IMG/VR virus record: IMGVR_UViG_3300026292_000003
Span: 157,644 to 221,643 of that record
DNA length: 64,000 nt
Strand: one strand, 5' to 3'
Shown: positions 7,952-18,324 of the stretch, one piece after another
Layout of the letters: the number at the start of each line of letters is the position of its first letter
Position numbering within the stretch: position 1 is the first letter of the stretch
Program-made: the position numbers and the translations under genes
Notes under the pieces: model-generated
The model's database searches: none
What the model saw: only the letters and a program-made list of their open reading frames with translations
Told to the model about the DNA's origin: nothing

Positions 7952-9336
7952 GGAAATAGTTTTGATAAGTATGGAAATTTTGGATCTTCATTAACTAAAT
8001 TAATGTCAAATCCTCTAGTAACAAATTTATCAGGATGTTTATTAAAGAAATCTATATAATCACTTTCAAGTCTTAGTCTAATATTTTTACTATATAGTAT
8101 TGAATTAATTTCATAGTTAAAAGCATTACTTACATCGATAAAAACTTTTTTATCACTATCCCAATCTATTTCATCTTTTAATTCTTTTTTTATTCTTGCT
8201 ATTGCCATAAGATCAAGAACTCTAAATTCGTGTTTAAATGTTTTATAAGTTGTATTCCACCATTTTACAAAATCTTCACCTAGTCCTTCTATATACTCGT
8301 CATTAAAATGTAAGTCTTTTTCGCATACAAATCTACTGCCAATTATAGGATTTTCTTTTTTATAATCCTTAACAAATTTAGACCAATTTCTTCCGTCCCA
8401 ATTATTACTAATATACCATTGCATATGTACTGCAACAGTATCAATATCGTATGCAACAAGTTTTCCGCCTTCTTCTAAGTTATTAATATATGCATTTGCT
8501 ATCGGACTTATTCCACCGCTGGTACTATAAACAGTTTTACATTTATGATCTTTTTTTATAGTATCTAGTGATTCAGTATTTGCACTATACCATCTTGCGT
8601 CCCATAAATCATGACCTACTTGAAATAGTTTTTCATAATGGTCCATCATTTCGCCGTACAAATATTCTTTTCCATCTCTTAAATTATCATCCCATATACC
8701 AACTTTTTTACCTTGTTCCATAGCAACACGTAACAAGTTATGTCCTTGCCATTTGCCACTTGCTTGTACAGTTTCATTTGTAGCCCATATTTCTGTGGGG
8801 TTATATGTCTGATCTCTTTTTCCTAATGTTACTTCACTTCTACGTATTTTTGGTGCAGTCCAATCTATATCGTCAAATTGATTTTCACCAAATTCTGGTC
8901 TTCCACTAGCAACCCACCATTCTAAATCAATGAACATACATTGAGGATGAATTTGCCACCATCTATGTTTTCTATCTAATATGTGTCCTACAATAACACA
9001 ATCTTTATATTGGTTATTCCAGTATTCTTTTGACTTTTCAATAAAATTACGTAGTATTATACCTTGCTTACAAATAAGTAATTTTTTAAATCCAGTATCA
9101 TATGCAATACTACATAGCTTAACAAACTCGTTTGCTTGTATTTGAGGTATACGTCTATATTTAAAACTGTAAAAATCAAGAAGATTTTGAGTTATACCTT
9201 CGGTAGCTTTATCTTTTATTTTGTCGTTTAATAGCCAACCAATACCACAGTTGTCTGGTAGCTTGTCAGCAGTATGGTCAAACTGGAATATTTTTTCATG
9301 TCTCATATTTTGAACCTTTTTATTAACATAGTACAT
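7936..9336 (-). CDS. Hypothetical protein, possible transferase
   Basis: 466-aa ORF; VGHILDR...IHPQCMFIDL; start uncertain. Confidence 0.65.
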   Translation of the reverse strand: MYYVNKKVQNMRHEKIFQFDHTADKLPDNCGIGWLLNDKIKDKATEGITQNLLDFYSFKYRRIPQIQANEFVKLCSIAYDTGFKKLLICKQGIILRNFIEKSKEYWNNQYKDCVIVGHILDRKHRWWQIHPQCMFIDLEWWVASGRPEFGENQFDDIDWTAPKIRRSEVTLGKRDQTYNPTEIWATNETVQASGKWQGHNLLRVAMEQGKKVGIWDDNLRDGKEYLYGEMMDHYEKLFQVGHDLWDARWYSANTESLDTIKKDHKCKTVYSTSGGISPIANAYINNLEEGGKLVAYDIDTVAVHMQWYISNNWDGRNWSKFVKDYKKENPIIGSRFVCEKDLHFNDEYIEGLGEDFVKWWNTTYKTFKHEFRVLDLMAIARIKKELKDEIDWDSDKKVFIDVSNAFNYEINSILYSKNIRLRLESDYIDFFNKHPDKFVTRGFDINLVNEDPKFPYLSKLFPWQKI

Positions 9337-9372
9337 TACTATTTATTATCTTTAATAAATCAAATTAAGTAG

Positions 9373-9401
9373 TTGACAACGACTACAAATGATGTTATAT
9401 T
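9373..9401 (+). promoter_or_regulatory. sigma70-type promoter
   Basis: TTGACA-N17-TATATT. Confidence 0.7.
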
Positions 9402-9430
9402 ATTAACATTGAATGAGAAGGAAAACGGAT

Positions 9431-9649
9431 ATGATTACAAGCAGACAGGTAGTTGAGATAATCAACGAAGAGATTGATAAGAATAATGAAGATAGTATCC
9501 GTAAGGCACTACAGAAGGTTAAAGATAGAATTGAGTTTCTTGAAGAATTAGAATTTGTTCATCAGCACAAACAACCAGTGTATGATGCTAGAAAATCTGA
9601 AGAACAGAAAGAAACTGCACAAAAACAGTTTAACGAGTATTTTAAATAG
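9431..9649 (+). CDS. Hypothetical protein
   Basis: AAGGA SD upstream; coiled-coil character. Confidence 0.65.
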   Translation: MITSRQVVEIINEEIDKNNEDSIRKALQKVKDRIEFLEELEFVHQHKQPVYDARKSEEQKETAQKQFNEYFK

Positions 9650-9651
9650 CC

Positions 9652-9819
9652 ATGGAGTACAGTGAACTAATAAACAAAATTCAAGTGCTAACGGAATCAG
9701 TAGAGGTATTCCGGAGTCGTATACAAGAACATGACACCGGATACCTGTACACTACCATAAGCACAATTGAAGACTACATAGAAGAACTTGAAAAACAAGT
9801 TAAATCCTTAGATCATTAA
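9652..9819 (+). CDS. Hypothetical 55-aa protein
   Basis: MEYSELINKIQVL...HDTGYLYTTI; fills gap; missed by track. Confidence 0.6.
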   Translation: MEYSELINKIQVLTESVEVFRSRIQEHDTGYLYTTISTIEDYIEELEKQVKSLDH

Positions 9820-9843
9820 AGTAAAAAAAGTACCAAAAAGATG

Positions 9844-9872
9844 TTGACAAGTCGGTAACATTATCGTACTAT
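9844..9872 (+). promoter_or_regulatory. sigma70-type promoter
   Basis: TTGACA-N17-TACTAT. Confidence 0.7.
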
Positions 9873-9900
9873 GTATATAAATTAAACAGAAGAGACGCAA

Positions 9901-10191
9901 ATGAAACTACAAGATCTTAAAATGGTACAAACTACAGTTCCTAATGGGGTTCAGGCCCTAGTGAAGTTTGGGCCCCATTACGAGCTGAGCATTGTCAAGA
10001 ACGATGTCTCATATGGTGGCAAAATGGGACTATACGAAATTGCAGTATTTCTAGATAACCAAATGACAGAACTACCCGGCATCACAGAGTCCGGAGATAC
10101 AGTCAAAGGATTCCTTACAGAAGATAATGTAAATGATATCCTATCCTCAATGACCCAATTGACAAAAAGGGAACCTCAACAAACAAACTAA
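9901..10191 (+). CDS. Hypothetical phage protein (SYGG..GLYEIAV)
   Basis: 96-aa ORF after promoter. Confidence 0.7.
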   Translation: MKLQDLKMVQTTVPNGVQALVKFGPHYELSIVKNDVSYGGKMGLYEIAVFLDNQMTELPGITESGDTVKGFLTEDNVNDILSSMTQLTKREPQQTN

Positions 10192-10200
10192 TCAGCTATA

Positions 10201-10277
<77 letters not shown>

Positions 10278-10283
10278 ATTTAT

Positions 10284-10369
10284 GCGAGTGTGGCGGAATA
10301 GGTAGACGCAACGGACTTAAAATCCGTTATCTTTATGGTGTGTGGGTTCGAGTCCCTCCACTCGCACCA
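10284..10369 (+). tRNA. tRNA-Leu(TAA)
   Basis: ACGGA-CTTAAAA-TCCGT; long variable arm; TTCGAGT; ACCA. Confidence 0.95.
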
Positions 10370-10413
10370 AATTGGAGTCCTGTATTGATAAATATTATCT
10401 AAAAAGGAGATTT

Positions 10414-10614
10414 ATGGCAGGATTTAAAGCAACAAGAGGACAAAGAACTCATAACTGGAAACGTATGCTAAATGGTATTGAGATTAAACCTTGTATGTAC
10501 GTTAATGAGAATGGTAAAAAAACAATGGCTGGATCAGTTGATGGTGAAGTAATCAGAGACAGTAACGGAAAAGTATTACCGTATAGATCAATTCAACACA
10601 CATCGATGGAATAG
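10414..10614 (+). CDS. Hypothetical protein
   Basis: GATAAATA and AAGGAG upstream of ATG 10414. Confidence 0.7.
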   Translation: MAGFKATRGQRTHNWKRMLNGIEIKPCMYVNENGKKTMAGSVDGEVIRDSNGKVLPYRSIQHTSME

Positions 10615-10616
10615 TC

Positions 10617-10850
10617 ATGTGGAAGATTATAGCAGTAATCTGTATCCTTGAGTGGCCAGATTACACAATGAATTCTGAGCTGGTGTGTAGAATGTTTGAA
10701 GATTCAACAGATGCGAGATTTCAAACTAAAGAAGAGTGTGATAAATCAGCAATAATAAAGTATAACAATACTTTAGATAGTTTTGAAAAATATCGTGAAA
10801 CTTTTGAATCGTTAGAAGTTGCGTGTGTGAGAACAAAAAATGAAGTTTAA
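10617..10850 (+). CDS. Small Cys-containing, possibly exported protein
   Basis: Hydrophobic N-terminus, FQTKEEC, VAC. Confidence 0.6.
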   Translation: MWKIIAVICILEWPDYTMNSELVCRMFEDSTDARFQTKEECDKSAIIKYNNTLDSFEKYRETFESLEVACVRTKNEV

Positions 10851-11326
10851 ATATGACCTTGAGATCTTAATAGCCATATAAACCCAACAGTTACACCACC
10901 TAACAATACTACTAAAAATACAATTAATGCACCATCTATAAGTGCCTGTTTTCTTTCTTGTTGTTTGTAAATTGTTTCTTCTCTTTCTTGTCTAATCTTT
11001 CTTCGCATTTCAATTAGTTCTTTCCACGTGCCAAATCCATAACGCCAATTTAATAGTGTTTGTAATTCTGCTTCTTGTTCTTTAATTGTTTTTTCGTGGA
11101 TTAATAATGCAAGAGCTTCTTCTTCAACACTACCTGCTTGAAATAATTTTTTAAATAGGGGAGGTTTTTGATTATTTTGTTTGGCTTTTCTAACGTCACT
11201 TACTGCACCAAACCATTTTCCCATTTGGCCTACAACGTTTTCGAAATCTTGCCCAACGGTTACTGCTCTCTTAATTGTATTAAAAGCCGTGGTCGCTACC
11301 GCGATCGCTGAAATTGGATCTACTAT
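10847..11326 (-). CDS. Membrane-anchored coiled-coil protein with probable ATA start
   Basis: AAGGAG-8nt-ATA GTA GAT CCA (xVDPISAIA) extends track ORF by 34 codons; C-terminal TM helix. Confidence 0.7.
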   Translation of the reverse strand: MVDPISAIAVATTAFNTIKRAVTVGQDFENVVGQMGKWFGAVSDVRKAKQNNQKPPLFKKLFQAGSVEEEALALLIHEKTIKEQEAELQTLLNWRYGFGTWKELIEMRRKIRQEREETIYKQQERKQALIDGALIVFLVVLLGGVTVGFIWLLRSQGHI

Positions 11327-11403
11327 TGGTTTGACTCCTTACTTAACTATATGTATTTAATACATATATAACCAACATTAAACCCGTATTTAAACGAAAT
11401 ATC

Positions 11404-11432
11404 TTGACAATTTCTTTTATAATGTTTATAAT
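11404..11432 (+). promoter_or_regulatory. sigma70-type promoter followed by CATAAATA
   Basis: TTGACA-N17-TATAAT. Confidence 0.8.
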
Positions 11433-11467
11433 AAGCATAAATACAACGTATTCAAAAGGAACGAAAT

Positions 11468-11647
11468 ATGACTTTTATACATTCGACTAACGATATTAAG
11501 TCTAAGGTTATGGTAATCTTAGATAAGATAGAGTTACTCCAAGAAGCTGAAGTGTTAGGTAACACAGATTCAAAAAAACACCTGGTAGACGATATCAGAG
11601 CTCTTGCGAGAGAAATTGCTAACGATAACGTTAGCAACGTAAAATAG
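11468..11647 (+). CDS. Hypothetical 59-aa protein
   Basis: AAGGA SD; MTFIHSTNDIK...; missed by track. Confidence 0.6.
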   Translation: MTFIHSTNDIKSKVMVILDKIELLQEAEVLGNTDSKKHLVDDIRALAREIANDNVSNVK

Positions 11648-11660
11648 AGGAGAAAATATT

Positions 11661-11831
11661 ATGTTTTCATGGATTAAAGATAGATTTGCAGAACGTACAT
11701 CTCTAGATGGCGGAATGCTAATTGCAGTAGGTGTAATTGGATTGTTCTTTTCGGCAATAATTCCAATGAACCTAATTTGTTGGGCCGCTATAGGTTATGG
11801 CGCCTGGACACTATTAAAGTCAGAAGGATAA
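11661..11831 (+). CDS. Small 2-TM membrane protein, holin candidate
   Basis: GAGGAG SD; MFSWIKDRFAERTSLDGG, two hydrophobic helices; directly upstream of endolysin. Confidence 0.6.
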   Translation: MFSWIKDRFAERTSLDGGMLIAVGVIGLFFSAIIPMNLICWAAIGYGAWTLLKSEG

Positions 11832-11837
11832 TAATAA

Positions 11838-12290
11838 ATGGCCTTTAAATTAAGTAAGAGAAGTCTATCAAGGCTTGACGGTGTTAACCCAAAATTAGTA
11901 AAAGTTGTAACAACGGCTATTACTATGTCCAAGATTGATTTTGGAGTAATATGCGGTCTACGAACAATAGAAGAACAACGTGAGCTCGTTGCTAAAGGTG
12001 CATCACAGACAATGAAGTCTAAACACATCGATGGCAATGCAGTTGACTTAATGGCTTATATTGGTAGTAGAGGATCATGGGAAATGAACTTATATGATGA
12101 TATCGCTGATGCAATGAAAATTGCCGCAGATGAGCATAACATCCAAATCAGATGGGGTGCCGCTTGGCATATCACTGATCTAAGAGAATGGGATAGTTCA
12201 ATGCAGGACGCAATGAATGCCTACATCGACCTAAGAAGAAGTCAAGGTCGAAGACCATTCATAGATGGACCGCATTTTGAACTAATGTAG
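11838..12290 (+). CDS. Endolysin, M15 (L-Ala-D-Glu peptidase type)
   Basis: GLRTIEEQ, SKHIDGNAVD, RWG, DGPHFEL. Confidence 0.9.
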   Translation: MAFKLSKRSLSRLDGVNPKLVKVVTTAITMSKIDFGVICGLRTIEEQRELVAKGASQTMKSKHIDGNAVDLMAYIGSRGSWEMNLYDDIADAMKIAADEHNIQIRWGAAWHITDLREWDSSMQDAMNAYIDLRRSQGRRPFIDGPHFELM

Positions 12291-12294
12291 GATT

Positions 12295-13482
12295 TTGACT
12301 CAGAATAATCACAGCACTAGTTGGTGTCCTATACCGTTTAATGCTATTTCGTTTCACCCAACCGGCAATTTAACTCGTTGTATGATGAGCAATACGCCGA
12401 TGGGTGAAACCTTTGACAGCCCTCAGATGCAAAAACTGCGTCATGATATGTTGGCTGGCACCTGGGATAAAGAAGGGTGTATGACTTGTTGGAAAAAAGA
12501 ACAACAAGGTAATATAAGTCAAAGACAAAAGTGGTTACAACGTAGTCCCTCAGATTTCAAAAATACAGATGGATTTATAAAACCAAAAATAACAGGAAAC
12601 CCTGTTAATCACCTTTTTATTAACTATAGCAATATATGTAATTTTAAGTGTAGAATGTGTGGACCAGATTATAGTACTAGTCTAATACCAGAGCATAAAC
12701 ATTTACATACAATAGGATTACGTAAAGAAGTAAAAATAGAAAATATTAAAAATAGAAATTTTATTAATACATATCTAAAAGAAAATCCAGAAAGTTTAAA
12801 AGATGTAACTAGTATATGGATAACAGGTGGCGAACCCTTTATGGACGATAACTGTTATGATTTAATTGACATACTAGCTGAAAATGGAAATGAATTTGAA
12901 ACAGATATGGTTATTACTACAAATGGCTCTAAAGTAGATTTAGATAAGTTACAAAAATTTGAGAATTTAAAATTCTTTGAATTAGATTTAAGTATTGATG
13001 CACCTAATACTATGTTTGAGTATATGCGTAGTGCAGGCGTATTTACTTGGGATCAAATGAGTAAGTTAATTGATGATTTAACTTATTTTAAAAAACAGAA
13101 TAGTAGTTGGTTTCATATGTGTTTTAATGCTAGTATACAAGCATATAATTACGATACAATACTTGAATTTGATTCAGTATGTAGGAAAGCAGGAGCATTG
13201 AACAATACTAGAATGTTAATATTTCCAGAACATTTTAGACTCAACGTACTACCTTATAAATATAGAAAAGAACAATTTGATAAAATCTATGATTATAAAG
13301 TAGTAAATGATCCAAGGTTTAAAAGAACTCATATGGATATATGCAAAAATCTTTTACAAGAACAAGCAAATGAAACTGTAATCAGTAGATTTAAAGAACT
13401 TACGATAGCACAAGACAAGTATAGAAAAATGTCTATAAAAGACTTCCATCCACGGTTAGCGGAGTTTATATATGAAAAATAA
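12295..13482 (+). CDS. Radical SAM protein with N-terminal twitch/SPASM-like domain
   Basis: CNFKCRMC, TGGEP, TTNGS; WCPIPF...CMTCW. Confidence 0.9.
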   Translation: MTQNNHSTSWCPIPFNAISFHPTGNLTRCMMSNTPMGETFDSPQMQKLRHDMLAGTWDKEGCMTCWKKEQQGNISQRQKWLQRSPSDFKNTDGFIKPKITGNPVNHLFINYSNICNFKCRMCGPDYSTSLIPEHKHLHTIGLRKEVKIENIKNRNFINTYLKENPESLKDVTSIWITGGEPFMDDNCYDLIDILAENGNEFETDMVITTNGSKVDLDKLQKFENLKFFELDLSIDAPNTMFEYMRSAGVFTWDQMSKLIDDLTYFKKQNSSWFHMCFNASIQAYNYDTILEFDSVCRKAGALNNTRMLIFPEHFRLNVLPYKYRKEQFDKIYDYKVVNDPRFKRTHMDICKNLLQEQANETVISRFKELTIAQDKYRKMSIKDFHPRLAEFIYEK

Positions 13483-14785
13483 TCAAAATGAAAACGGCTT
13501 ATGGAGATTTGATCCAAAAAAGCACGTAGTTCCTGCTGACCAAATAGAAACAAAAGTAGTTGAAAACGATCAATGGAAAAATATACACAGTAACAGTTGG
13601 TGTCCAATTCCGTTTAATACAATAAGCTGGCATCCTAGTGGGCATATATCAAGATGTATGATGAGTGACGACAATATGGGAACTCATTATGACAGTGAAC
13701 ATATGCAAAGGTTAAGAAGAGATATGTTAGCTGGTAAGTGGGATACTTATGGATGTACTAGCTGTCTTAACAAAGAAAAGAAAGGTTATCGTAGTCAACG
13801 TATGAGTTGGCTAAGACATGATAAGATTAAGCATCTAGGAAATCCAGAACCTTATCGTAATCCAAAATTAACCGGTAATCAGATAAGTCATTTGTTTATT
13901 AATTTTTCAAATGTATGTAATTTTAAATGTAGAATGTGTAGTGCAAACTTTAGTAATAGTTTGATACCTGAAAACAAGCATATGTTAGAAAAATTTCCAC
14001 TTGAATATAAAAAGGTTCCACTTCAGAATCAAAAAAACTTTAATGATATTATTGGATATTTAGAAAAGAACTTAGACATACTACCTGGTATAAAAAGTAT
14101 TTGGATGACAGGAGGAGAGCCCTTCATGACTGATGATCCATACAAACTGATTGACTTAATTGTAGAACACGGCAAGCCAGAAGAACTTGATATAGTTATT
14201 ACTACAAATGGATCAAAATTAGATTTTGAAAAGTTAGAAAAGTTTAACAAAGTTAAAAAATTAACATTAGATTTAAGTATTGATGCAGTAGGACCTTTGT
14301 TTGAATATATGAGAAGTAATAAGGTTTATACTTGGAGTCAAATGGAAAATACTTGTGGTAAATTATATGAATATAAAAAAGTAAATAAGAAATGGTTTGA
14401 TTTTTTTATTAATAGCAGTTACCAAATATTTAATTATGATAACTTATTAGAATTTTACGATTTTATATATGATCATAAATGTGAAAGTAATATAAGAATG
14501 TTAATGTTTCCTGAACATTTTAGAGTGGGTAACTTGCCAAAAGTATTTAAAGATGAAGCTAGAGCAATGTGTGATAAGATAGAATTAAGGTATGGAAATA
14601 GAAATGTACATAAGATTAAAATTCTAGATGATATTAGAACTGCATTAGATATTGAAGAACCTTACTTACATAGAACTTTAAGAGTAGTACCAGAACAAGA
14701 TAAATTTAGAGGAGTATACTTAACTGACTATCACGATAAACTAGCTGACTTAATATATGGACCAAAACAATTATGCCTGTTTTAA
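13472..14785 (+). CDS. Radical SAM protein with twitch/SPASM-like domain (paralog of upstream gene)
   Basis: CNFKCRMC, TGGEP; WCPIPFN...CTSC. Confidence 0.9.
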   Translation: MKNNQNENGLWRFDPKKHVVPADQIETKVVENDQWKNIHSNSWCPIPFNTISWHPSGHISRCMMSDDNMGTHYDSEHMQRLRRDMLAGKWDTYGCTSCLNKEKKGYRSQRMSWLRHDKIKHLGNPEPYRNPKLTGNQISHLFINFSNVCNFKCRMCSANFSNSLIPENKHMLEKFPLEYKKVPLQNQKNFNDIIGYLEKNLDILPGIKSIWMTGGEPFMTDDPYKLIDLIVEHGKPEELDIVITTNGSKLDFEKLEKFNKVKKLTLDLSIDAVGPLFEYMRSNKVYTWSQMENTCGKLYEYKKVNKKWFDFFINSSYQIFNYDNLLEFYDFIYDHKCESNIRMLMFPEHFRVGNLPKVFKDEARAMCDKIELRYGNRNVHKIKILDDIRTALDIEEPYLHRTLRVVPEQDKFRGVYLTDYHDKLADLIYGPKQLCLF

Positions 14786-15534
14786 CAAGACCTCAACATA
14801 GAACATACACAATAGTTTATAATACAGGATTACCTGGAGAATGGTTTTCTTGGTTTATTAATATGCATCATGGATTTCCACGTATTGATTTATTAGATAT
14901 TAGAACAGAAACTACAAAGCCTGGGCAAGAACCTATTGCACATCAAGGTAGAGTGTGGGTTCCAGAAAGTAGAAAATTTGAAAATCATGAAGGTGAATAT
15001 TGGACTATTGAACGTAACCATTTTTATACTGCTATAGAAAAAGGTTTAGAAATGGGTGTAGGTGATTTTGATAAATTAATAATTAAAATACATCCATATC
15101 ATTACTTAAATTATATATGGGATAATTTTAAAAAGATACATAACAAAGATACTAATATAACAAATCATATTGTATTAGAAGTAAGCGATAAAGACATATT
15201 AGGTATACTAGAAGCTGATCATGAATTTTATCGTCCTAGGCATAGACCTAAGTTTCAATATAGTGTTACTCCCCAATGGGAAGGATTGTCATATGATACA
15301 GATGGTGATCTACCTGTGTTTAATGACTTTAATGAAGGTTATGTACACTATAAAAGTCAATTTGAAGAAAAAGGTGTACACGTAGATAAGATAGATGTTG
15401 CAAAAATATTCCAACAAGATGTAAGTGAATACTATAAATTATTACATATATTAGATAGCCCACCTTTAAAAAAATGGAAAACCCTAGTAAAAGAATATAC
15501 AGATTTTAGATTTGATGGTATAAAATTTACTTGA
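14773..15534 (+). CDS. Hypothetical protein, possible sulfotransferase/P-loop-like fold
   Basis: YNTGLPGEWFSWFI N-terminal loop. Confidence 0.55.
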   Translation: MPVLTRPQHRTYTIVYNTGLPGEWFSWFINMHHGFPRIDLLDIRTETTKPGQEPIAHQGRVWVPESRKFENHEGEYWTIERNHFYTAIEKGLEMGVGDFDKLIIKIHPYHYLNYIWDNFKKIHNKDTNITNHIVLEVSDKDILGILEADHEFYRPRHRPKFQYSVTPQWEGLSYDTDGDLPVFNDFNEGYVHYKSQFEEKGVHVDKIDVAKIFQQDVSEYYKLLHILDSPPLKKWKTLVKEYTDFRFDGIKFT

Positions 15535-15559
15535 CATTGATAAGAATAAGTGTTATATT
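15531..15559 (+). promoter_or_regulatory. sigma70-type promoter
   Basis: TTGACA-N17-TATATT. Confidence 0.7.
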
Positions 15560-15589
15560 GTTAATACAATTTTGTAACGGAGTTATTTT

Positions 15590-16039
15590 ATGACTATGCA
15601 TCTAGCACGTGGTCTTACCACGTTGAATACTAAAAAACGTAAAGCAAAGAAAAGAAAATCTGCTGATCATTATATTGCTGGATGGCGTAAGCAAAATAAA
15701 TTCTATAAAGAAAAAGGTTTAGAAATGATGACACTAGATGAATATATTGACTATGTTCATGGTGTCTATAAACCTAAACAAGAACCTCGAGCAGTACAAG
15801 CACCATGGCACCATACTGATTCTGCATATCATAGGGAATCCCCAAAAGTTCCTAGCAGTAATTCAAAGCATGGTATTGGTACTGCCACTAAAAGACCATC
15901 TATGCAATACACAGGTGAACGTAAACTAGTAGGTATTGCTATGATGCACAAAAGTAATTTAGTTCCTGTATTTGCAGATGATGACGATAAAACAGGATCT
16001 AAACAAGCCACTGAAATCGCACAGATGCGAAGGAACTAA
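15590..16039 (+). CDS. Conserved large-phage hypothetical protein
   Basis: YTG..LVGIAMMHKSNLVPVF motif; GGAG SD. Confidence 0.75.
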   Translation: MTMHLARGLTTLNTKKRKAKKRKSADHYIAGWRKQNKFYKEKGLEMMTLDEYIDYVHGVYKPKQEPRAVQAPWHHTDSAYHRESPKVPSSNSKHGIGTATKRPSMQYTGERKLVGIAMMHKSNLVPVFADDDDKTGSKQATEIAQMRRN

Positions 16040-16043
16040 ATCA

Positions 16044-16346
16044 TTGGAAAGCAAAGTTTGGAGTGTGACTATAAATGGTCAGAACGATTGTGTTGTATTG
16101 ACTGATTTTGAAGCAATGCAAGTCAAGATGAAATTTATGCCAGATATTGAGATGTACGATATGACAGAACGTCATGGATTAAAACCAGCTCACTTGCATA
16201 AGTTAGATCGTAAAAAACAAAGCATACCAGGTCTATCTTGGATAGGTCCAGAACCTACATACACTAAAGGCGTTGGTCCAGGTATGTTTGGTGGTGCGGC
16301 AGATATGATTTGGGAATTTAAGGACCTAATGGATATGGATATTTAA
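16044..16346 (+). CDS. Hypothetical protein (start uncertain)
   Basis: ORF fills gap between neighbours. Confidence 0.6.
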   Translation: MESKVWSVTINGQNDCVVLTDFEAMQVKMKFMPDIEMYDMTERHGLKPAHLHKLDRKKQSIPGLSWIGPEPTYTKGVGPGMFGGAADMIWEFKDLMDMDI

Positions 16347-16347
16347 T

Positions 16348-16929
16348 ATGGAAAAGATTATTTTAACTGATGTAGACGGAGTTCTACTAGATTGGGAGAC
16401 TGCTTTTTATGAATGGATGAAAAATAAAGGGTATGATGCAAAGAACGAAGGCATTTATAATATGGAAGCTGTTTTTGAAATGCGACAGGATAAAACAAAA
16501 GCATTAATTAGAGAATTTAATAATAGTGCGTGGATGGCTTATTTACAACCATTACGAGATGCTAGAAGTGGGGTAGCTAAATTAGTAGAAGCAGGATATA
16601 CGTTTCATGCTATAACTAGTATAAGTCTAGATCCTAATACAAAAGAATTGAGACAACAAAACTTAGATAGTGTATTTGGTAAAGGTGTATTTACAAAACT
16701 TGTTTGTCTAGATACTGGTGCTGACAAAGATGATGCATTAGCTGAATATAAAGATAGTGGATTATATTGGATTGAAGACAAGACAATGAATGCTAATCTT
16801 GGAGCAAGATTAGGTCTTAAGAGTATACTTATTACTCATAACCACAATAAAAATGATAGCGAATTAGATTCTTCTGTTCAACGAGCAGGCAAATGGACCG
16901 AAATAGTTGACATCGTTGTTAACTGTTAA
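16348..16929 (+). CDS. HAD-family 5'(3')-nucleotidase-like protein
   Basis: LTDVDGVLLDW motif I, WIEDK. Confidence 0.85.
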   Translation: MEKIILTDVDGVLLDWETAFYEWMKNKGYDAKNEGIYNMEAVFEMRQDKTKALIREFNNSAWMAYLQPLRDARSGVAKLVEAGYTFHAITSISLDPNTKELRQQNLDSVFGKGVFTKLVCLDTGADKDDALAEYKDSGLYWIEDKTMNANLGARLGLKSILITHNHNKNDSELDSSVQRAGKWTEIVDIVVNC

Positions 16930-17675
16930 ATTTCGTTATCACCATAAATTGTTAGAACTTCTGTTACTGCAACGTGTCTTTCTACGTCGCCTGTAGTAAA
17001 TTCTACTACACCAATTAAATTACTTTGTTTTTGTTTTAACAATTTAATAAATTCTTTGAGGCCATTGTGTTCAAAGCCTCTATCATGTTGTGCTAAATCT
17101 CCTGTTACTATAATTTTTGAATTATCACCAATACGTGTTAGCAACATCTTCATTTGAGATGGTGTTGCATTTTGCATTTCGTCAGCAATAATCCAACTGT
17201 TTTTGAAAGTTCTACCTCTCATATAAGCAAGTGGTGCAATTTCAATAACATTGTCCTCGATCATAGACTCGATTCTTTTGGGTGACCAGTATTCTTCCAT
17301 AACGTCAAAAATAGGTCTTGTCCATGGTGCCATTTTTTCAACAAGTGTTCCGGGTAGGAATCCGTGTTGTTCATCAACGGAAACAGCTGGTCTAGTAACA
17401 ACGATTTTTTCGCACTCACCATTATTATATGCGTCAATCGCAGAAAGAACACCAAGTAAGGTTTTACCTGTACCTGCTGGACCCATAGAAAATACTATAT
17501 TCTTTGTGTGGTCGTCAAGCATAGTTACATAGTCTTCTTGAGCTATGTTGCGTGGAATTATAGTCACGTGTTTTTTTCGTTGCTTGAATGCTTCTTTTAC
17601 GTGGATTACGTTACTGTTTTCGTAATGTTGTTGATAGTGTTGTTGTTTTTTTGTTTTTCGAGCTCGTTTAGCCAT
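16926..17675 (-). CDS. phoH: PhoH family ATPase
   Basis: GPAGTGKT, GFLPG, AYMRGRTF, DEMQN, TGDLAQHD; AGGAG SD before MAKRARK. Confidence 0.95.
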   Translation of the reverse strand: MAKRARKTKKQQHYQQHYENSNVIHVKEAFKQRKKHVTIIPRNIAQEDYVTMLDDHTKNIVFSMGPAGTGKTLLGVLSAIDAYNNGECEKIVVTRPAVSVDEQHGFLPGTLVEKMAPWTRPIFDVMEEYWSPKRIESMIEDNVIEIAPLAYMRGRTFKNSWIIADEMQNATPSQMKMLLTRIGDNSKIIVTGDLAQHDRGFEHNGLKEFIKLLKQKQSNLIGVVEFTTGDVERHVAVTEVLTIYGDNEI

Positions 17676-17796
17676 ATTAACTCCTGTATTCGGGATGGAA
17701 GGCCCAATTTGCCTGCTCATAAGTATTTAACATCGAAAATCTCTAATTAACTGAATGTTAAATAAAAGTGATAAATAATATAAAGTAAGGAATATT

Positions 17797-18324
17797 ATGA
17801 TGGATCAAAATTACATATTAAACAATTTAAAAGCTAATACTAGTAGGAATAGTGCATTAGAAACACTTATGAATTTAGAAAGTGTTATCGACCATGCTAA
17901 CATATATGCCTATCCTAATTGGATAGAAGGTGAAGTAGTTGAAGGACCTCATATTGATAGATATTGGGTTACAGTTACTTTAATGTATCCACATAAACTT
18001 ATGCCAGATCCAGAAGGTGCTGAAAGATTGTTAAAACATGGTTGCAAAGTATACTATGCTAAAGACGAATTAGAAACTGCGGCTAAATTAAAAAGTCCAG
18101 ATGATAGTGAAGGTCAAGATAATGCTAGTGAAAGACGACCAGGACAAACTAGAGCTAAGGTAGTTAAAAAACCAATTTGGTTAGTTACATTAGTAGTACC
18201 AAGAAAATTTATGGATGATATTGAAGCTAGTAAATTAAGAATAGAAGACCAAGCTATTAATAGTGATGCAGTAGAACAAGCAAACGTAGAGGCTATGGCA
18301 CCACAACCTGAAGGTGAAGTATAA
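17797..18324 (+). CDS. Conserved jumbo-phage hypothetical protein
   Basis: 175 aa; GATAAATA and AAGGA upstream. Confidence 0.75.
   Translation: MMDQNYILNNLKANTSRNSALETLMNLESVIDHANIYAYPNWIEGEVVEGPHIDRYWVTVTLMYPHKLMPDPEGAERLLKHGCKVYYAKDELETAAKLKSPDDSEGQDNASERRPGQTRAKVVKKPIWLVTLVVPRKFMDDIEASKLRIEDQAINSDAVEQANVEAMAPQPEGEV

Noticed and set aside
10342-10413. ORF-track N-terminal extension
   Set aside because: It overlaps tRNA-Leu; the SD-led ATG is at 10414.
17676-17720. Leaderless start for phoH at 17720
   Set aside because: A good AGGAG SD precedes the ATG at 17675, so it was not counted among leaderless genes.
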